Positions 19,423 to 29,445 are shown, counted from the first letter of the stretch. The stretch is DNA of 64,000 nt from Brevinematales bacterium (GCA_020052515.1 JAGVOW010000061.1:8685-72684), one strand, 5' to 3'. Made by a program: numbers and translations. The notes: a model not told the origin generated them from the letters alone.

Positions 19423-20672
19423 TAACCTTGAAACAGCGGCATCTCCGGCTGGCGAGATTTTGCGGGTTTTTTCCTCTCAAATAAAAGCTGATTCCTCAAG
19501 ACTGTTTCTTCCAGGTCCAATCTTTCTAATCTCTTGCCGTCACAAGTAATAAAAAACCGTGCCCTCTTTAGAACCACGCCCATTTTCTTAAGATGGTCAA
19601 AAGTAAGTGCATTAAATTTGCGGGCATGGACAATGCGCTGCGCCGATTTTACGCCGATGCCCGGCACTTTCAAGATCATCTCGTACTCCGCGCGGTTGAT
19701 TTCTATTGGAAATAAGTTTAAATTACGAAGCGCCCAGCTCGTCTTTGGATCAAAATCCTCGTCCAAAAATGGATGCTGTGGATCTAAAATCTCGTTTGCC
19801 TGAAACCCATAAAAGCGAAGAAGCCAATCCGCCTGATAAAGCCTGTTTTCTCGAAGGAGCGGCGGAGAGGAAAGCGCGGGGAGATTTTTATCCAGATTGA
19901 CAGGAACATAGGCCGAATAATAGACCCTTTTCAGGAACAATTTTTGATAAAGGTTCTCGGAAAGCTTGATAATATTGAGATCCGTCTCCGGCGAAGCCCC
20001 GACAATGACCTGGGTACTTTGCCCTGCCGGCACAAAAGGAAGGAATTTCTGTTTTTTCTTTTTTTCTTCCTTGCTTTCCTGAATATTCTCTCCAATGAAA
20101 GACATGGAATGAAAAATTGTCTTGCTGTCTTTCTGCGGCGCTAATAACTTCAAACTCTTGTCGGAAGGTAGTTCAATATTCACGCTCATTCTGTCTACAT
20201 AAAGCCCTGCTTCGTGAATAATTTTCGAATCAGCCCCCGGAATAGCCTTCAGATGGATGTACCCATGAAAATTTTCGATCAGCCGAAGCCTTTTCACGAC
20301 CGCTAAAAGCTGATTCATAGTATAATCAGAATCCTTCATGATACCTGAGCTCAGAAACAGACCCTCTATATAATTCCTCTTGTAAAAATTGATTGTCAAT
20401 TGCACCACTTCTTCCGCTGTGAAAGAAGCCCTTTCTATATCATTGCTGCGCCTATTGTAACAGTAAGCGCAGTCATAAATACAGAAGTTGGTAAAGAGTA
20501 TTTTCAACAGCGAAATGCACCTTCCGTCATCTGCCCAAGCGTGGCAAATCCCGGAAAAGCTGGCATTGCCCATCCCTTTATTTTCATTTGCCCGCTTGCT
20601 CCCGCTGGAAGAACAGGAAACGTCGTACTTCGCCGCCGCACCCAGAATTTTGAGCTTTTCTAATACATCCAT
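19416..20672 (-). CDS. TIGR03916 putative DNA modification/repair radical SAM protein
   Basis: AAKYDVSCSSSG, GICH..DGRCISLLK, CIYDCAYC, GQSTQ, RENRLYQADWL, HhH motif (VPGIGVKSA). Start taken at MDVLEKL. Confidence 0.93.
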   Translation of the reverse strand: MDVLEKLKILGAAAKYDVSCSSSGSKRANENKGMGNASFSGICHAWADDGRCISLLKILFTNFCIYDCAYCYNRRSNDIERASFTAEEVVQLTINFYKRNYIEGLFLSSGIMKDSDYTMNQLLAVVKRLRLIENFHGYIHLKAIPGADSKIIHEAGLYVDRMSVNIELPSDKSLKLLAPQKDSKTIFHSMSFIGENIQESKEEKKKKQKFLPFVPAGQSTQVIVGASPETDLNIIKLSENLYQKLFLKRVYYSAYVPVNLDKNLPALSSPPLLRENRLYQADWLLRFYGFQANEILDPQHPFLDEDFDPKTSWALRNLNLFPIEINRAEYEMILKVPGIGVKSAQRIVHARKFNALTFDHLKKMGVVLKRARFFITCDGKRLERLDLEETVLRNQLLFERKKPAKSRQPEMPLFQGYQ

Positions 20673-20689
20673 AGATTCCCCTATTTTCC

Positions 20690-20753
20690 GCCTCATCCCC
20701 CCGACCCCCTTCTCCAAGTCTGGAGAAGGGGTGGTCGAAGGCCGGGGTGAGGC
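20690..20753. repeat. Family B palindromic element (GCCTCA.CCCC..CTCCAAGTCTGGAG..GGGGTGAGGC)
   Basis: Shares terminal arms and CTCCAAGTCTGGAG core with 34664-34761; arms also at 63664-63767. Confidence 0.85.
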
Positions 20754-20854
20754 AGACATATTTTAGTACCAACCGCAGCAATTTTCAAGAATTTGTTTTT
20801 TTTGCGAAAAAGGTGTAAAATTATGCCTTATTTTATTATTTATGGAGGAAACAA

Positions 20855-23800
20855 ATGGCCAAGTCTATGAAGACGATGGATGGAAACAACGCGGCGGCGT
20901 ATGTAGCCTATGCCTTTACCGAGGTTGCGGCAATCTATCCAATCACTCCGTCATCTACCATGGCGGAATACTGTGATGAATGGGCAGCCAATGGCAAGAA
21001 AAACATGTTTAATGACGTGCCCAAAATTGTGGAAATGCAGTCTGAAGCTGGTGCCGCAGGGGCTGTTCATGGATCATTGCAGACAGGTGCTATGACTACT
21101 ACTTTTACCGCTTCTCAAGGCTTGCTTCTTATGATCCCGAATATGTACAAAATAGCTGGAGAACTCCTTCCGGGTGTTTTTCATGTGAGCGCGCGCGCGA
21201 TCGCTTCACAAGCGCTCTCGATTTTTGGAGATCATTCCGATGTAATGGCCTGCCGTCAGACAGGTTTTGCGATGCTCGCTACCAGTTCTGTACAGGAAGT
21301 GATGGATCTAGCCGCTGTGGCTCATCTGACCTCTCTCAAGTCCAGAGTACCTTTTCTGCACTTCTTTGACGGTTTCAGAACATCCGCGGAAGTCCAGAAA
21401 ATCGAAGTTTATGATTATACAGAGCTTGAAAAAATTATTGATAAAGACGCGCTTCAGTCTTTTCGCAAGCGCGCGTTAAATCCAGAATCGCCGGTTACAC
21501 GCGGTACAGCGCAGAATCCTGATGTGTTCTTCCAGGCGCGTGAAGCAAGCAACAAATATTACGACGCTGTCCCGGATATGGTTGAGGAATACATGCAGAA
21601 AATGTCCAAAATTACCGGCCGCGAATACCATCCTTTCACTTACTATGGTGCGAAAGACGCTGAAAATATTATTATCGCAATGGGTTCAGTCTGCGATTTG
21701 ACAAAGAACGTTGTGGATTACCTGAATGCAAAAGGAGACAAGGTTGGTATAATTACAGTTCATCTTTACAGGCCTTTCTCTGAAAAATATTTTATGAATG
21801 TATTGCCCAAAAGTGTAAAGCGCATTGCGGTCCTTGATAGAACAAAGGAGCCGGGTGCTATGGGTGAACCGCTTTATCTGGATGTAAAAAATCTTTTTTA
21901 CAACAAGGAGAACGCTCCTCTCATCGTAGGCGGCCGTTTTGGTATGGGATCAAAAGATACTACTCCAGAACATATTATCGCTGTCTATACCAATCTTAAA
22001 CAGAAAGAACCGAAAAACAGATTCACTATCGGTATAGTAGATGATGTGACTTTCCTTTCTTTACCAACTGTTTGTGAAGATGGGGGCTGTATAGACGTGA
22101 CCCCTGAAGGAACGTTTGAAGCTAAATTTTATGGCCTTGGTTCCGATGGTACGGTTGGCGCTAACAAGAACTCCATTAAGATCATTGGCGACCATACGGA
22201 CATGTACGCGCAGGCTTATTTCTTCTATGACTCAAAAAAATCTGGCGGCATTACCGTGTCTCATTTGCGCTTTGGAAAGAAGACTCTCAGACTTCCCTAT
22301 CTGGTAAACAATCCAAATTTTGTAGCTTGCCATGTTCCTTCTTATTTAGGAAAATATGATATGCTCAAAGGAATCAAGAAAGGCGGTACTTTCCTTCTAA
22401 ACAGTATCTGGGACGAAAAGGAAGTGTTAAACCACATACCCAATCAAATGAAGAAGCAGATCGCTGATAACAATATTAATTTTTATATTGTAGATGCGAC
22501 AGAGATCGCGGAAGAATTAGGCCTTGGAAACAGAACCAATACTATTATGCAGAGCGCGTTCTTTAAGCTCTCCGAAAAAATCATGCCCTATAAAGACGCA
22601 GTCGCCTATATGAAAGAAGCGATTCAAAAATCTTATGGAAAGAAAGGCGACGAAGTGGTCGCGATGAATAACGCGGCTGTGGATAAAGGCGGAGAACCTA
22701 TCGCGGTAAAAGTTCCTGCCGAATGGAAGAATTTAAAAGTTGAAGCTGAAAAGAAGGCCGCAGATGTTCCTGAAATAATCAACGATATTGTAATTCCGGT
22801 TAATAGCATGAAAGGCGATGATCTTCCAGTCAGCGCTTTTATCGGCCGTGAGGATGGAACTTTGCCAATGGGAACAAGCCAATATGAAAAGAGGGGCATT
22901 GCCGTCAATGTACCGGAATGGGCAAGCGAAAACTGTATCCAGTGCAACCAATGCGCCTTTGTCTGCCCTCATGCTGTGATCAGGCCCTTCCTGATGGACG
23001 AAAAAGAGGTAAAATCCGCTCCGGCAGGAACAAAAACACTGAAAACCATTGGTAAAGGCCTGGAGGCCTTCCAGTACAAGCTCCAGCTTTCTGTTCTCGA
23101 TTGTACCGGATGCGGCAACTGCGCGGATATCTGCCCCGGCAAGCAGGGAAATAAAGCCCTTGTTATGAAACCTTTAGAATCTCAAAATGAGGAAATTTCA
23201 CGCTGGGAATGGTTTGATAAAAATGTTACCTATAAAACCGATATTATCCTGAATAAAGCGGCTGTAAAGGATTCTCAATTTCTCAGGCCTTATTTTGAGT
23301 TCTCCGGTGCCTGCGCGGGATGCGGTGAAACACCGTATATCAAAGTGATTACACAGCTCTTTGGCGAGAGAATGATGATCGCGAACGCCACCGGCTGTTC
23401 ATCTATTTATGGTGGATCTTTCCCAACAACGCCTTATTGCGTTGACAAAAATGGCTGCGGCCCTTCCTGGGCAAACTCTCTTTTCGAAGACAATGCTGAA
23501 TATGGTTATGGAATGGTTGTCGCGGACAGGGAAATGAAAGACAAACTGACCAATTTGATGGATCAGGCTATTAAAGAAGGAGCTTCCGGCGAACTAAAGG
23601 CCGCTTTTGAAGAATGGATAAAAGTTAAATTCGAAGCGGAAAACTCAAAGGAAATTTCAAAGAAAATCAAAGCTTTAGTCAAAGATAAAAAAGATGGCGC
23701 GCTGGGCAGCATTGCTAAACTAAGCCAATACCTGACAAAGAAATCATTCTGGGTGTTTGGCGGCGACGGCTGGGCTTATGATATCGGTTTCGGCGGCCTG

Positions 23801-24385
23801 GACCATGTGATCGCCTCGGGAGAGGATATCAACATTTTAGTTCTCGACACGGAAGTTTATTCAAATACAGGCGGCCAGGCCTCTAAATCTACTCCTACCG
23901 CGGCTATCGCTAAGTTTGCTTCTTCCGGAAAGAAAATCCGTAAGAAAGACCTCGGCATGATCGCTATGAGCTATGGTTACGTTTATGTAGCTCAGGTCGC
24001 GATGGGAGCTAACAAACAACAGTATCTCAAGGCGATTAATGAAGCGGAAGCTTATCCGGGGCCATCGCTCATCATCGCTTATGCTCCCTGTATTAACCAT
24101 GGCATCAGCGCCGGAATGGGCAAAACCCAGGAAGAAGAAAAGAGGGCTGTAGACGCCGGTTACTGGCACCTCTATCGCTACAATCCGCTCCTGGAAAATG
24201 AAGGGAAAAATCCATTCCAGCTTGATTCCAAAGAACCCACAGGAAGCTTCAGAGATTTTATTATGAGCGAAGTAAGGTACTCCTCGCTTCTCAAGGCTTT
24301 CCCGGAAAAAGCGGAAGAGCTTTTCAAAGCGGCTGAAACAGACGCGAAGAGACGTTATGAAGGCTACAAAAAACTAGCCAGTTAA
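20855..24385 (+). CDS. nifJ: Pyruvate:ferredoxin (flavodoxin) oxidoreductase, single-chain
   Basis: YPITPS, MQSEAGAAG, CIQCNQC..CP and CTGCGNC..CP ferredoxin motifs, GACAGCGE, GGDGWAYDIG, YSNTGGQ. Confidence 0.97.
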   Translation: MAKSMKTMDGNNAAAYVAYAFTEVAAIYPITPSSTMAEYCDEWAANGKKNMFNDVPKIVEMQSEAGAAGAVHGSLQTGAMTTTFTASQGLLLMIPNMYKIAGELLPGVFHVSARAIASQALSIFGDHSDVMACRQTGFAMLATSSVQEVMDLAAVAHLTSLKSRVPFLHFFDGFRTSAEVQKIEVYDYTELEKIIDKDALQSFRKRALNPESPVTRGTAQNPDVFFQAREASNKYYDAVPDMVEEYMQKMSKITGREYHPFTYYGAKDAENIIIAMGSVCDLTKNVVDYLNAKGDKVGIITVHLYRPFSEKYFMNVLPKSVKRIAVLDRTKEPGAMGEPLYLDVKNLFYNKENAPLIVGGRFGMGSKDTTPEHIIAVYTNLKQKEPKNRFTIGIVDDVTFLSLPTVCEDGGCIDVTPEGTFEAKFYGLGSDGTVGANKNSIKIIGDHTDMYAQAYFFYDSKKSGGITVSHLRFGKKTLRLPYLVNNPNFVACHVPSYLGKYDMLKGIKKGGTFLLNSIWDEKEVLNHIPNQMKKQIADNNINFYIVDATEIAEELGLGNRTNTIMQSAFFKLSEKIMPYKDAVAYMKEAIQKSYGKKGDEVVAMNNAAVDKGGEPIAVKVPAEWKNLKVEAEKKAADVPEIINDIVIPVNSMKGDDLPVSAFIGREDGTLPMGTSQYEKRGIAVNVPEWASENCIQCNQCAFVCPHAVIRPFLMDEKEVKSAPAGTKTLKTIGKGLEAFQYKLQLSVLDCTGCGNCADICPGKQGNKALVMKPLESQNEEISRWEWFDKNVTYKTDIILNKAAVKDSQFLRPYFEFSGACAGCGETPYIKVITQLFGERMMIANATGCSSIYGGSFPTTPYCVDKNGCGPSWANSLFEDNAEYGYGMVVADREMKDKLTNLMDQAIKEGASGELKAAFEEWIKVKFEAENSKEISKKIKALVKDKKDGALGSIAKLSQYLTKKSFWVFGGDGWAYDIGFGGLDHVIASGEDINILVLDTEVYSNTGGQASKSTPTAAIAKFASSGKKIRKKDLGMIAMSYGYVYVAQVAMGANKQQYLKAINEAEAYPGPSLIIAYAPCINHGISAGMGKTQEEEKRAVDAGYWHLYRYNPLLENEGKNPFQLDSKEPTGSFRDFIMSEVRYSSLLKAFPEKAEELFKAAETDAKRRYEGYKKLAS

Positions 24386-24394
24386 GAAAATATA

Positions 24395-24429
24395 AAAAAA
24401 AAGCGCCGCTAGATGCGGCGCTTTTTTTT
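24395..24429. terminator. Bidirectional intrinsic terminator
   Basis: A8-GCGCCGC-TAGAT-GCGGCGC-T8 between convergent genes. Confidence 0.9.
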
Positions 24430-24431
24430 GC

Positions 24432-24890
24432 TCAGTTATTTGTTACTTCTCTCTGGATACTTGAATGCGTAATAGTCATCTTGTCATCATAAGCCCAAAC
24501 CGCCCAGTGATACACGACGCCTCCTCCCGGAAGATTGCTCATACAGCTCCCTTGGATCACTCCTCCGATCATCTGCCTGAAATCGCTAAAACTAACTTCT
24601 CCAGCGGTGCCTTTTAGGCCAGTGGTCCACATCGCGATGCAGTCGTTCTTGTTTTGTATTTTCTTTCCATCTACAGAAATGACGTTGGTAAAAACTCCCA
24701 AAATTTCGTAAGTAGTACCCGGAGACTGCCACTTAAACTCAGGGTTATTGCTGCTTATGGATTTAATCGGCGCTGTAGTCTCGATCAAAATTGTTCCGGA
24801 AAACAAAGGATTTTTCGGCTCTGGAGTTGAATTATCGCAGGAAACCCATAAGAAAACAAATAGAAACAGAAAAAAATAATAATTTTTCAT
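24432..24890 (-). CDS. Hypothetical lipoprotein
   Basis: MKNYYFFLFLFVFLWVS-C lipobox; beta-rich body ending YHWAVWAYD. Confidence 0.7.
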   Translation of the reverse strand: MKNYYFFLFLFVFLWVSCDNSTPEPKNPLFSGTILIETTAPIKSISSNNPEFKWQSPGTTYEILGVFTNVISVDGKKIQNKNDCIAMWTTGLKGTAGEVSFSDFRQMIGGVIQGSCMSNLPGGGVVYHWAVWAYDDKMTITHSSIQREVTNN

Positions 24891-24900
24891 AGCATTCCCC

Positions 24901-26133
24901 CTAAAATCCAATTCTTATACCAATGCCGATCATAACATTCTGCAAAGTTAACTTTTTGTCAGTCGTAGTATAATCGCCAAAGAAATCAAACTTTTTCTCC
25001 TGAAGAGTGATCTCCCCTGGATTCTGGTAAACCGCCTCCAGAAAATAAGAAAATGAGCTGCTTGGGAAAAGAGTCAGCCCCACGATAGCTTTGTAATAAA
25101 AAAAAGTGGAAGAAAAATCCAAAAACGGTAAAACTCCCACACCGACGCCGAGATAAGGTGAAAGTATCCTGGAAGTGCCGAAGAAATGATATTTTAACAG
25201 AAAATTTAATCGATGGTAATACAAAAGGCTATTTTCCTCAAACGCTTTGCCCGGAGCGCTTGTGTCTTTATAGCCATGCGTATAGATATAGCCGCCTATT
25301 TCCCCTCCAAAAGAAAGGCCAAAATCCCAATAATATTCAAAGGAAAAACCCCAGTCTATTTGATAATCCGGAGAAAACAGCTCAAACATATGGGAGAAAA
25401 ATGAAATTCTACTGTTATAAAAAATTTGATTTTTCTGCTCTAAGTAAAAATTATAACTACTCTTTTGGTTCTCTGCTATCTCAAAAGAAACGTCCTTAAC
25501 TTCATAACCCTCTTTCACAATACTAACAGAATACCTGCCCGCTTTCATTTTCTTCCCGGTAATCGGCGTAACACCGATCTGCACACCATCAATCTTTACT
25601 TCAGATCCTTGCGGCGTGCTGTCACAATCCAAAAACCCAAACTTTTGATTCAAGAGCTTAATGATTATAGCGTCCGAAAGTTCATTGATTTTTGCAAAAA
25701 GCTGATTCCCCATTTTTTCGGTGATTTTTTCAGCTAGCAGAACCTCTCCCGTATCAGACCGAACCAACCTCGCGTTTATTTCAATTCTATCGTCAATGCT
25801 GGAAAAACTTCCCATTACCAGATTATCCGCCTTTAAAAGAACACCGATTTTTTTGCCCTTTGAGACATCCTCTTCCACCAGGCCTGACAAAACCAGCTTT
25901 TTTTCCTCTATCAGGTCAGAAAGCCTTTGCCTCTCAACAAGATTAAACTTGCCGCACTTCTGAAGAGATGTCATGACGGATTCCGCAATGGTTTTCTCTA
26001 AAAAATCATACCCTTTGTTTTTTGAAATATTAATAAAATCCAAAACCGCCAGCGTTGATTGGTTTGTAGTTTCATTTCCATGCAAAGGAAGAAACGGCAG
26101 TAAAATCAAAAATGCGATTAAGATTTTTTTCAT
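24901..26133 (-). CDS. CsgG/FlgO-like + PEGA domain protein with C-terminal beta-barrel
   Basis: Signal peptide; LAVLDF..LVERQRL..ADNLVMGS..INARLV..TGEV; PEGA motif STPQGSEVKIDG..GVTP; SPYLGVGVG and terminal IGIRIGF. Confidence 0.75.
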   Translation of the reverse strand: MKKILIAFLILLPFLPLHGNETTNQSTLAVLDFINISKNKGYDFLEKTIAESVMTSLQKCGKFNLVERQRLSDLIEEKKLVLSGLVEEDVSKGKKIGVLLKADNLVMGSFSSIDDRIEINARLVRSDTGEVLLAEKITEKMGNQLFAKINELSDAIIIKLLNQKFGFLDCDSTPQGSEVKIDGVQIGVTPITGKKMKAGRYSVSIVKEGYEVKDVSFEIAENQKSSYNFYLEQKNQIFYNSRISFFSHMFELFSPDYQIDWGFSFEYYWDFGLSFGGEIGGYIYTHGYKDTSAPGKAFEENSLLYYHRLNFLLKYHFFGTSRILSPYLGVGVGVLPFLDFSSTFFYYKAIVGLTLFPSSSFSYFLEAVYQNPGEITLQEKKFDFFGDYTTTDKKLTLQNVMIGIGIRIGF

Positions 26134-26183
26134 ATTATTACCTCTCACCAGCCTCCCCCTTGGGATTGTCGATAAATAAAAAA

Positions 26184-26242
26184 ATGTAGTCGCAAGCTTT
26201 AGCTTGCGTTTGATTTGCGCAGGCTAAAGCCCGCGGCTACAT
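26184..26242. repeat. GTAG-type REP doublet (family E)
   Basis: ATGTAGTCGCAAGCTTTAGCTTGCG-N9-CGCAGGCTAAAGCCCGCGGCTACAT: two inverted hairpin arms with GTAG/CTAC ends. Confidence 0.75.
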
Positions 26243-26301
26243 CAAGAAAACTAATTTAGCGGCAACCTGCCTTACAAGGGGGAAAGTTATCTGCATAAAG
26301 A

Positions 26302-27234
26302 TTAAAAATTAATTTTATCCTCAATAATAAACTCCGGCCTATGCTTTACTTCGTCAAAAATACTGCCAATGTATTCGCCCAGAACACCAATGGTGAGAAG
26401 CTGAACGCCTCCAAAAAACACGACACTGATAATCAACGATGCCCAGCCGGAAGCGGTTTTGTGAAGAATAAAAGCGAAAACAGTGTAAATACTGAGGCCC
26501 AAGCCCACCAGAATAGACAAGAACCCTAAAGTCATGGCCAATTTTAATGGTTTCTTGCTGAAATACAAAAGCCCATTGGTGGCAAACTGGATCATTTTAG
26601 AAAGCGGGTATTTTGTCTCCCCCGCAAAACGGGCATCCCGCGCATAATAAACCGGTGTCTGTTTAAAACCAGCCCAGCTGATTAAACCGCGAATATATTT
26701 GTGCGTTTCCTTCATGCTTTTAAAAGCATCCATCACCTTCCGGCTGATAAGCCTGAAATCTCCGGTGTCTAATGGAAGCGGAACATCCGACAGAAAATTG
26801 ATCACTCTATAAAAGAGCTTCGCGGTGATTTTTTTGAAGAAACTTTCTCCCTTTCTTTCCCTGCGGACGCCGTAAACCACATCATTGCCTTCCAGATAAA
26901 GCCTGACCATCTCAGGGAACAATTCCGGCGGGTCCTGAAGGTCCGCGTCAATAATAATGGCCACGTCCCCAGAAACAGATTGAATACCCGCTGAAACAGC
27001 CGGCTGGTGGCCAAAATTGCGTGAAAAAGAGATGGCCTTTACTTTTTTGTCAGCCGCGGCGATTTTTTTCAAAATTTTCAAAGTAGCATCCGTGCTTCCA
27101 TCGTTGATATAAAAAATCTCATAATCCTTGTAAGCATTGTCTTTCATTACTTTTGTGACCCTTTTATGCGTCGCTTCAATTACTTGTTCTTCATTGTAGC
27201 ATGGAATAATGACCGAAATTTTTAAATTAGCCAT
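26302..27234 (-). CDS. Glycosyltransferase family 2 (GtrB/ArnC-like polyprenol-phosphate glycosyltransferase)
   Basis: SVIIPCYNEE, INDGSTD, SRNFGHQ, IDADLQDPPE, DTGDFRL, two C-terminal TM helices. Confidence 0.93.
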   Translation of the reverse strand: MANLKISVIIPCYNEEQVIEATHKRVTKVMKDNAYKDYEIFYINDGSTDATLKILKKIAAADKKVKAISFSRNFGHQPAVSAGIQSVSGDVAIIIDADLQDPPELFPEMVRLYLEGNDVVYGVRRERKGESFFKKITAKLFYRVINFLSDVPLPLDTGDFRLISRKVMDAFKSMKETHKYIRGLISWAGFKQTPVYYARDARFAGETKYPLSKMIQFATNGLLYFSKKPLKLAMTLGFLSILVGLGLSIYTVFAFILHKTASGWASLIISVVFFGGVQLLTIGVLGEYIGSIFDEVKHRPEFIIEDKINF

Positions 27235-28345
27235 TTTCAACAACTCCTATGATTTTCTCCAGCGCCTCTTTTATTTCCCCGTTCTCTATAGAAAAAGAAT
27301 AATTGCGTCCTTGATGATAAACCATGCCCAACTCTTTGAGCATCACCACACGGATACTTCCAGCTTTATTTTTCTTATCCAATTTAGCTGAGCGGAAAAA
27401 AGAATCTTCATTCATATTTTTTAGCTCATCAGTAAAACATAAAAGCCCATAATCTTTAATCAATTTGCCAATTTTCTCAAAATCATCTTCCGCTAATATT
27501 CCCCTTTGTACAGATAGCGCCGCTTCCGCGATCATTCCCATTGCTACCGCAAAGCCATGAGGAATAGCATAATTCATTGCGTTCTCTATCGCATGGCCTA
27601 TCGTATGCCCAAAATTCAAAATCTGACGCAAAGACCTTTCTTTTTCGTCTTTTTGTACCACTTCCGCTTTGATTTGACAGCTTCTGGCAATCATTTCCGT
27701 AAGAAACGGCTCAGAAAGCATCCTTATACTTTCTCTATTCTCGTAGAGAAATTTAACATAATTTTTGTCTTTTATCAAGGCATGCTTAATTATTTCCGCC
27801 ATTCCATTGGTAAATTCCGCTTCAGGCAGGGTTTTCAAAAAATCTGTATCCATGATAACTGCCTTCGGCTGATAAAAGCTTCCCAAAAGGTTTTTGCCTT
27901 CTTTTGTGTCCACGCCCGTCTTTCCGCCAATCGAGCTGTCAACCATCGCCAGAAGGCTGGTCGGCACCTGGATAAAAGGCACCCCGCGCAGATAAATAGA
28001 CGAAAGAAACCCGGTCATATCTCCCGTCACACCGCCGCCTAAAGCAATTATGAGAGAATGCCTATCCAATCCAGCGCTGGAAAGATTTGAAAAAAGCTCC
28101 AGAATGACAGCCATGTTTTTTTGGGCTTCTCCGGCGGAGAAAGAAAAAACTTCCGCGGAGGGCAGCGCCTTTTGAATTTTATCCCGATAGAGCTTTAAAA
28201 TATTGGAATCAGTCACAATCGCTATCTTTGAAGGGGCCAATCGACTCACTTCGGCTTGAAGCCGATTTTCGAAGATCCCTTCGCCGATGTAAATAGAATA
28301 AGAATTATTCAAAAATCTTTTCAATTTGAGGTTAATTTTCCGCAT
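27227..28345 (-). CDS. aroB: 3-dehydroquinate synthase
   Basis: GGGVTGD, PTSLLAMVDSSIGGKTG, KNLLGSFYQP, LNFGHTIGHAIE, HGFAVA, DKK. Confidence 0.96.
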   Translation of the reverse strand: MRKINLKLKRFLNNSYSIYIGEGIFENRLQAEVSRLAPSKIAIVTDSNILKLYRDKIQKALPSAEVFSFSAGEAQKNMAVILELFSNLSSAGLDRHSLIIALGGGVTGDMTGFLSSIYLRGVPFIQVPTSLLAMVDSSIGGKTGVDTKEGKNLLGSFYQPKAVIMDTDFLKTLPEAEFTNGMAEIIKHALIKDKNYVKFLYENRESIRMLSEPFLTEMIARSCQIKAEVVQKDEKERSLRQILNFGHTIGHAIENAMNYAIPHGFAVAMGMIAEAALSVQRGILAEDDFEKIGKLIKDYGLLCFTDELKNMNEDSFFRSAKLDKKNKAGSIRVVMLKELGMVYHQGRNYSFSIENGEIKEALEKIIGVVENG

Positions 28346-28366
28346 AGATATTTTCCACCTTTTTTA

Positions 28367-28690
28367 TCAGACTTTTAATAATGTAAATTCTTTGCTTTTA
28401 TTGTGTCTTTTTTTTGGATATACTTTGATTTCCATGCCCATTCCAATGTCTTCTAAATAACCAATTAAAGTCGAAACTTTCATATCTTTTCTTGTTTCCA
28501 ATCTTGAAATGCTGGACTGAGAAAATGATTTTATTTGTTCTTGTTTATACCCCATATTTTTTCTGAGTTCTGATAATCTAATCTTAAATATTTCTTTGTC
28601 AGCATTTATCTTTGCCCTTTCAATTCTTTCAGGAGGCAACAGTAAGGACAATTCATCCAAGAAATCTTTTCTGCTATTTTTTTCTTTCAT
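28367..28690 (-). CDS. XRE-family HTH antitoxin (HigA-like)
   Basis: LSELRKNMGYKQ..SQSSISRLETRKDMKVSTL; overlaps the upstream toxin. Confidence 0.85.
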   Translation of the reverse strand: MKEKNSRKDFLDELSLLLPPERIERAKINADKEIFKIRLSELRKNMGYKQEQIKSFSQSSISRLETRKDMKVSTLIGYLEDIGMGMEIKVYPKKRHNKSKEFTLLKV

Positions 28691-29036
28691 GTTTTTTCTC
28701 CAATTCTTTTAAATGTATATCATATAAATAATCTGCTTTAGGTAACATTTCCTTGTAAAAATTTTTATTTCCTTTTTTATCTCCACCAATTAGAAGTATA
28801 GCATTCCTTTCAGGATCAAAAGCAAAAAATATTCTGTAGACTCTTTGTTTATTTTGAACTCTTAATTCTTTCATATTTTTGTGTTTACTTTCATAAATTG
28901 TATCAACATAAGGTCTGCCAAGAGATGGCCCAATGTTTTTTAGTATAATAAGATGCTGTAATACAGCTTCTTTAGCATCTTCATCTAATTTTTTGATCCA
29001 ATTGATTATTTCTTCAGTTCTTTCAATAATCCACAT
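28674..29036 (-). CDS. RelE/ParE-superfamily toxin (HigB/Gp49-like, DUF891)
   Basis: GPSLGRPYVDT, NMKELRVQ, RIFFAFDP.R.AILLIGGDK; toxin-first order. Confidence 0.88.
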   Translation of the reverse strand: MWIIERTEEIINWIKKLDEDAKEAVLQHLIILKNIGPSLGRPYVDTIYESKHKNMKELRVQNKQRVYRIFFAFDPERNAILLIGGDKKGNKNFYKEMLPKADYLYDIHLKELEKKHERKK

Positions 29037-29042
29037 ACAAAT

Positions 29043-29071
29043 ATCATACCATTTTTAATATATGATGTCAA
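29043..29071 (-). promoter_or_regulatory. Sigma70 promoter of the higBA-like pair (probably leaderless)
   Basis: TTGACA-N17-TATGAT with TGn, 6 nt before the ATG; no SD. Confidence 0.75.
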
Positions 29072-29149
29072 GTGCATATTAATATAAATCCCGCTGTTTG
29101 TGTTTTCCGACAAAATCGTTATATGCCGTGTGATAGAGCCGCTTCCGGG

Positions 29150-29410
29150 AACAGTTATAAATGGCTCAGCTTTCATTTTTTCTTTTAAAACTGATATTAA
29201 AACAGGGGTATATTCTGCAACTTTCATAGTTGAACTATTATTTAATAGTTTTTCTATTTTATGTGTTGTCGAATCTATACCTTTGTTAACTTCTTTTTGT
29301 CGAGAAGTCATTTTTAATAAACCAAAAATTTCAAGAGATTCAAGTAAAGTTGTTAACCAAGGAATAAGAGCTAATATTAAAAAAATAAGCGCAAAAAAAT
29401 TAATGCTTAT
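29150..29410 (-). pseudogene. AT-rich gene fragment without its own start
   Basis: Reads FFALIFLILALIPWLTTLLESLEIFGLLKM..., a TM helix plus amphipathic tail. The ORF-track start lies inside galE. Confidence 0.35.
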
Positions 29411-29445
29411 CCCTTTCCGTGGTTCGTCTTTCGGGGTGATACCTT

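Noticed and set aside
29116-29165. attC-like integron site (two TATAAC motifs on the minus strand)
   Set aside because: The motifs are direct rather than inverted, no pairing partner is visible, and no integrase is present.
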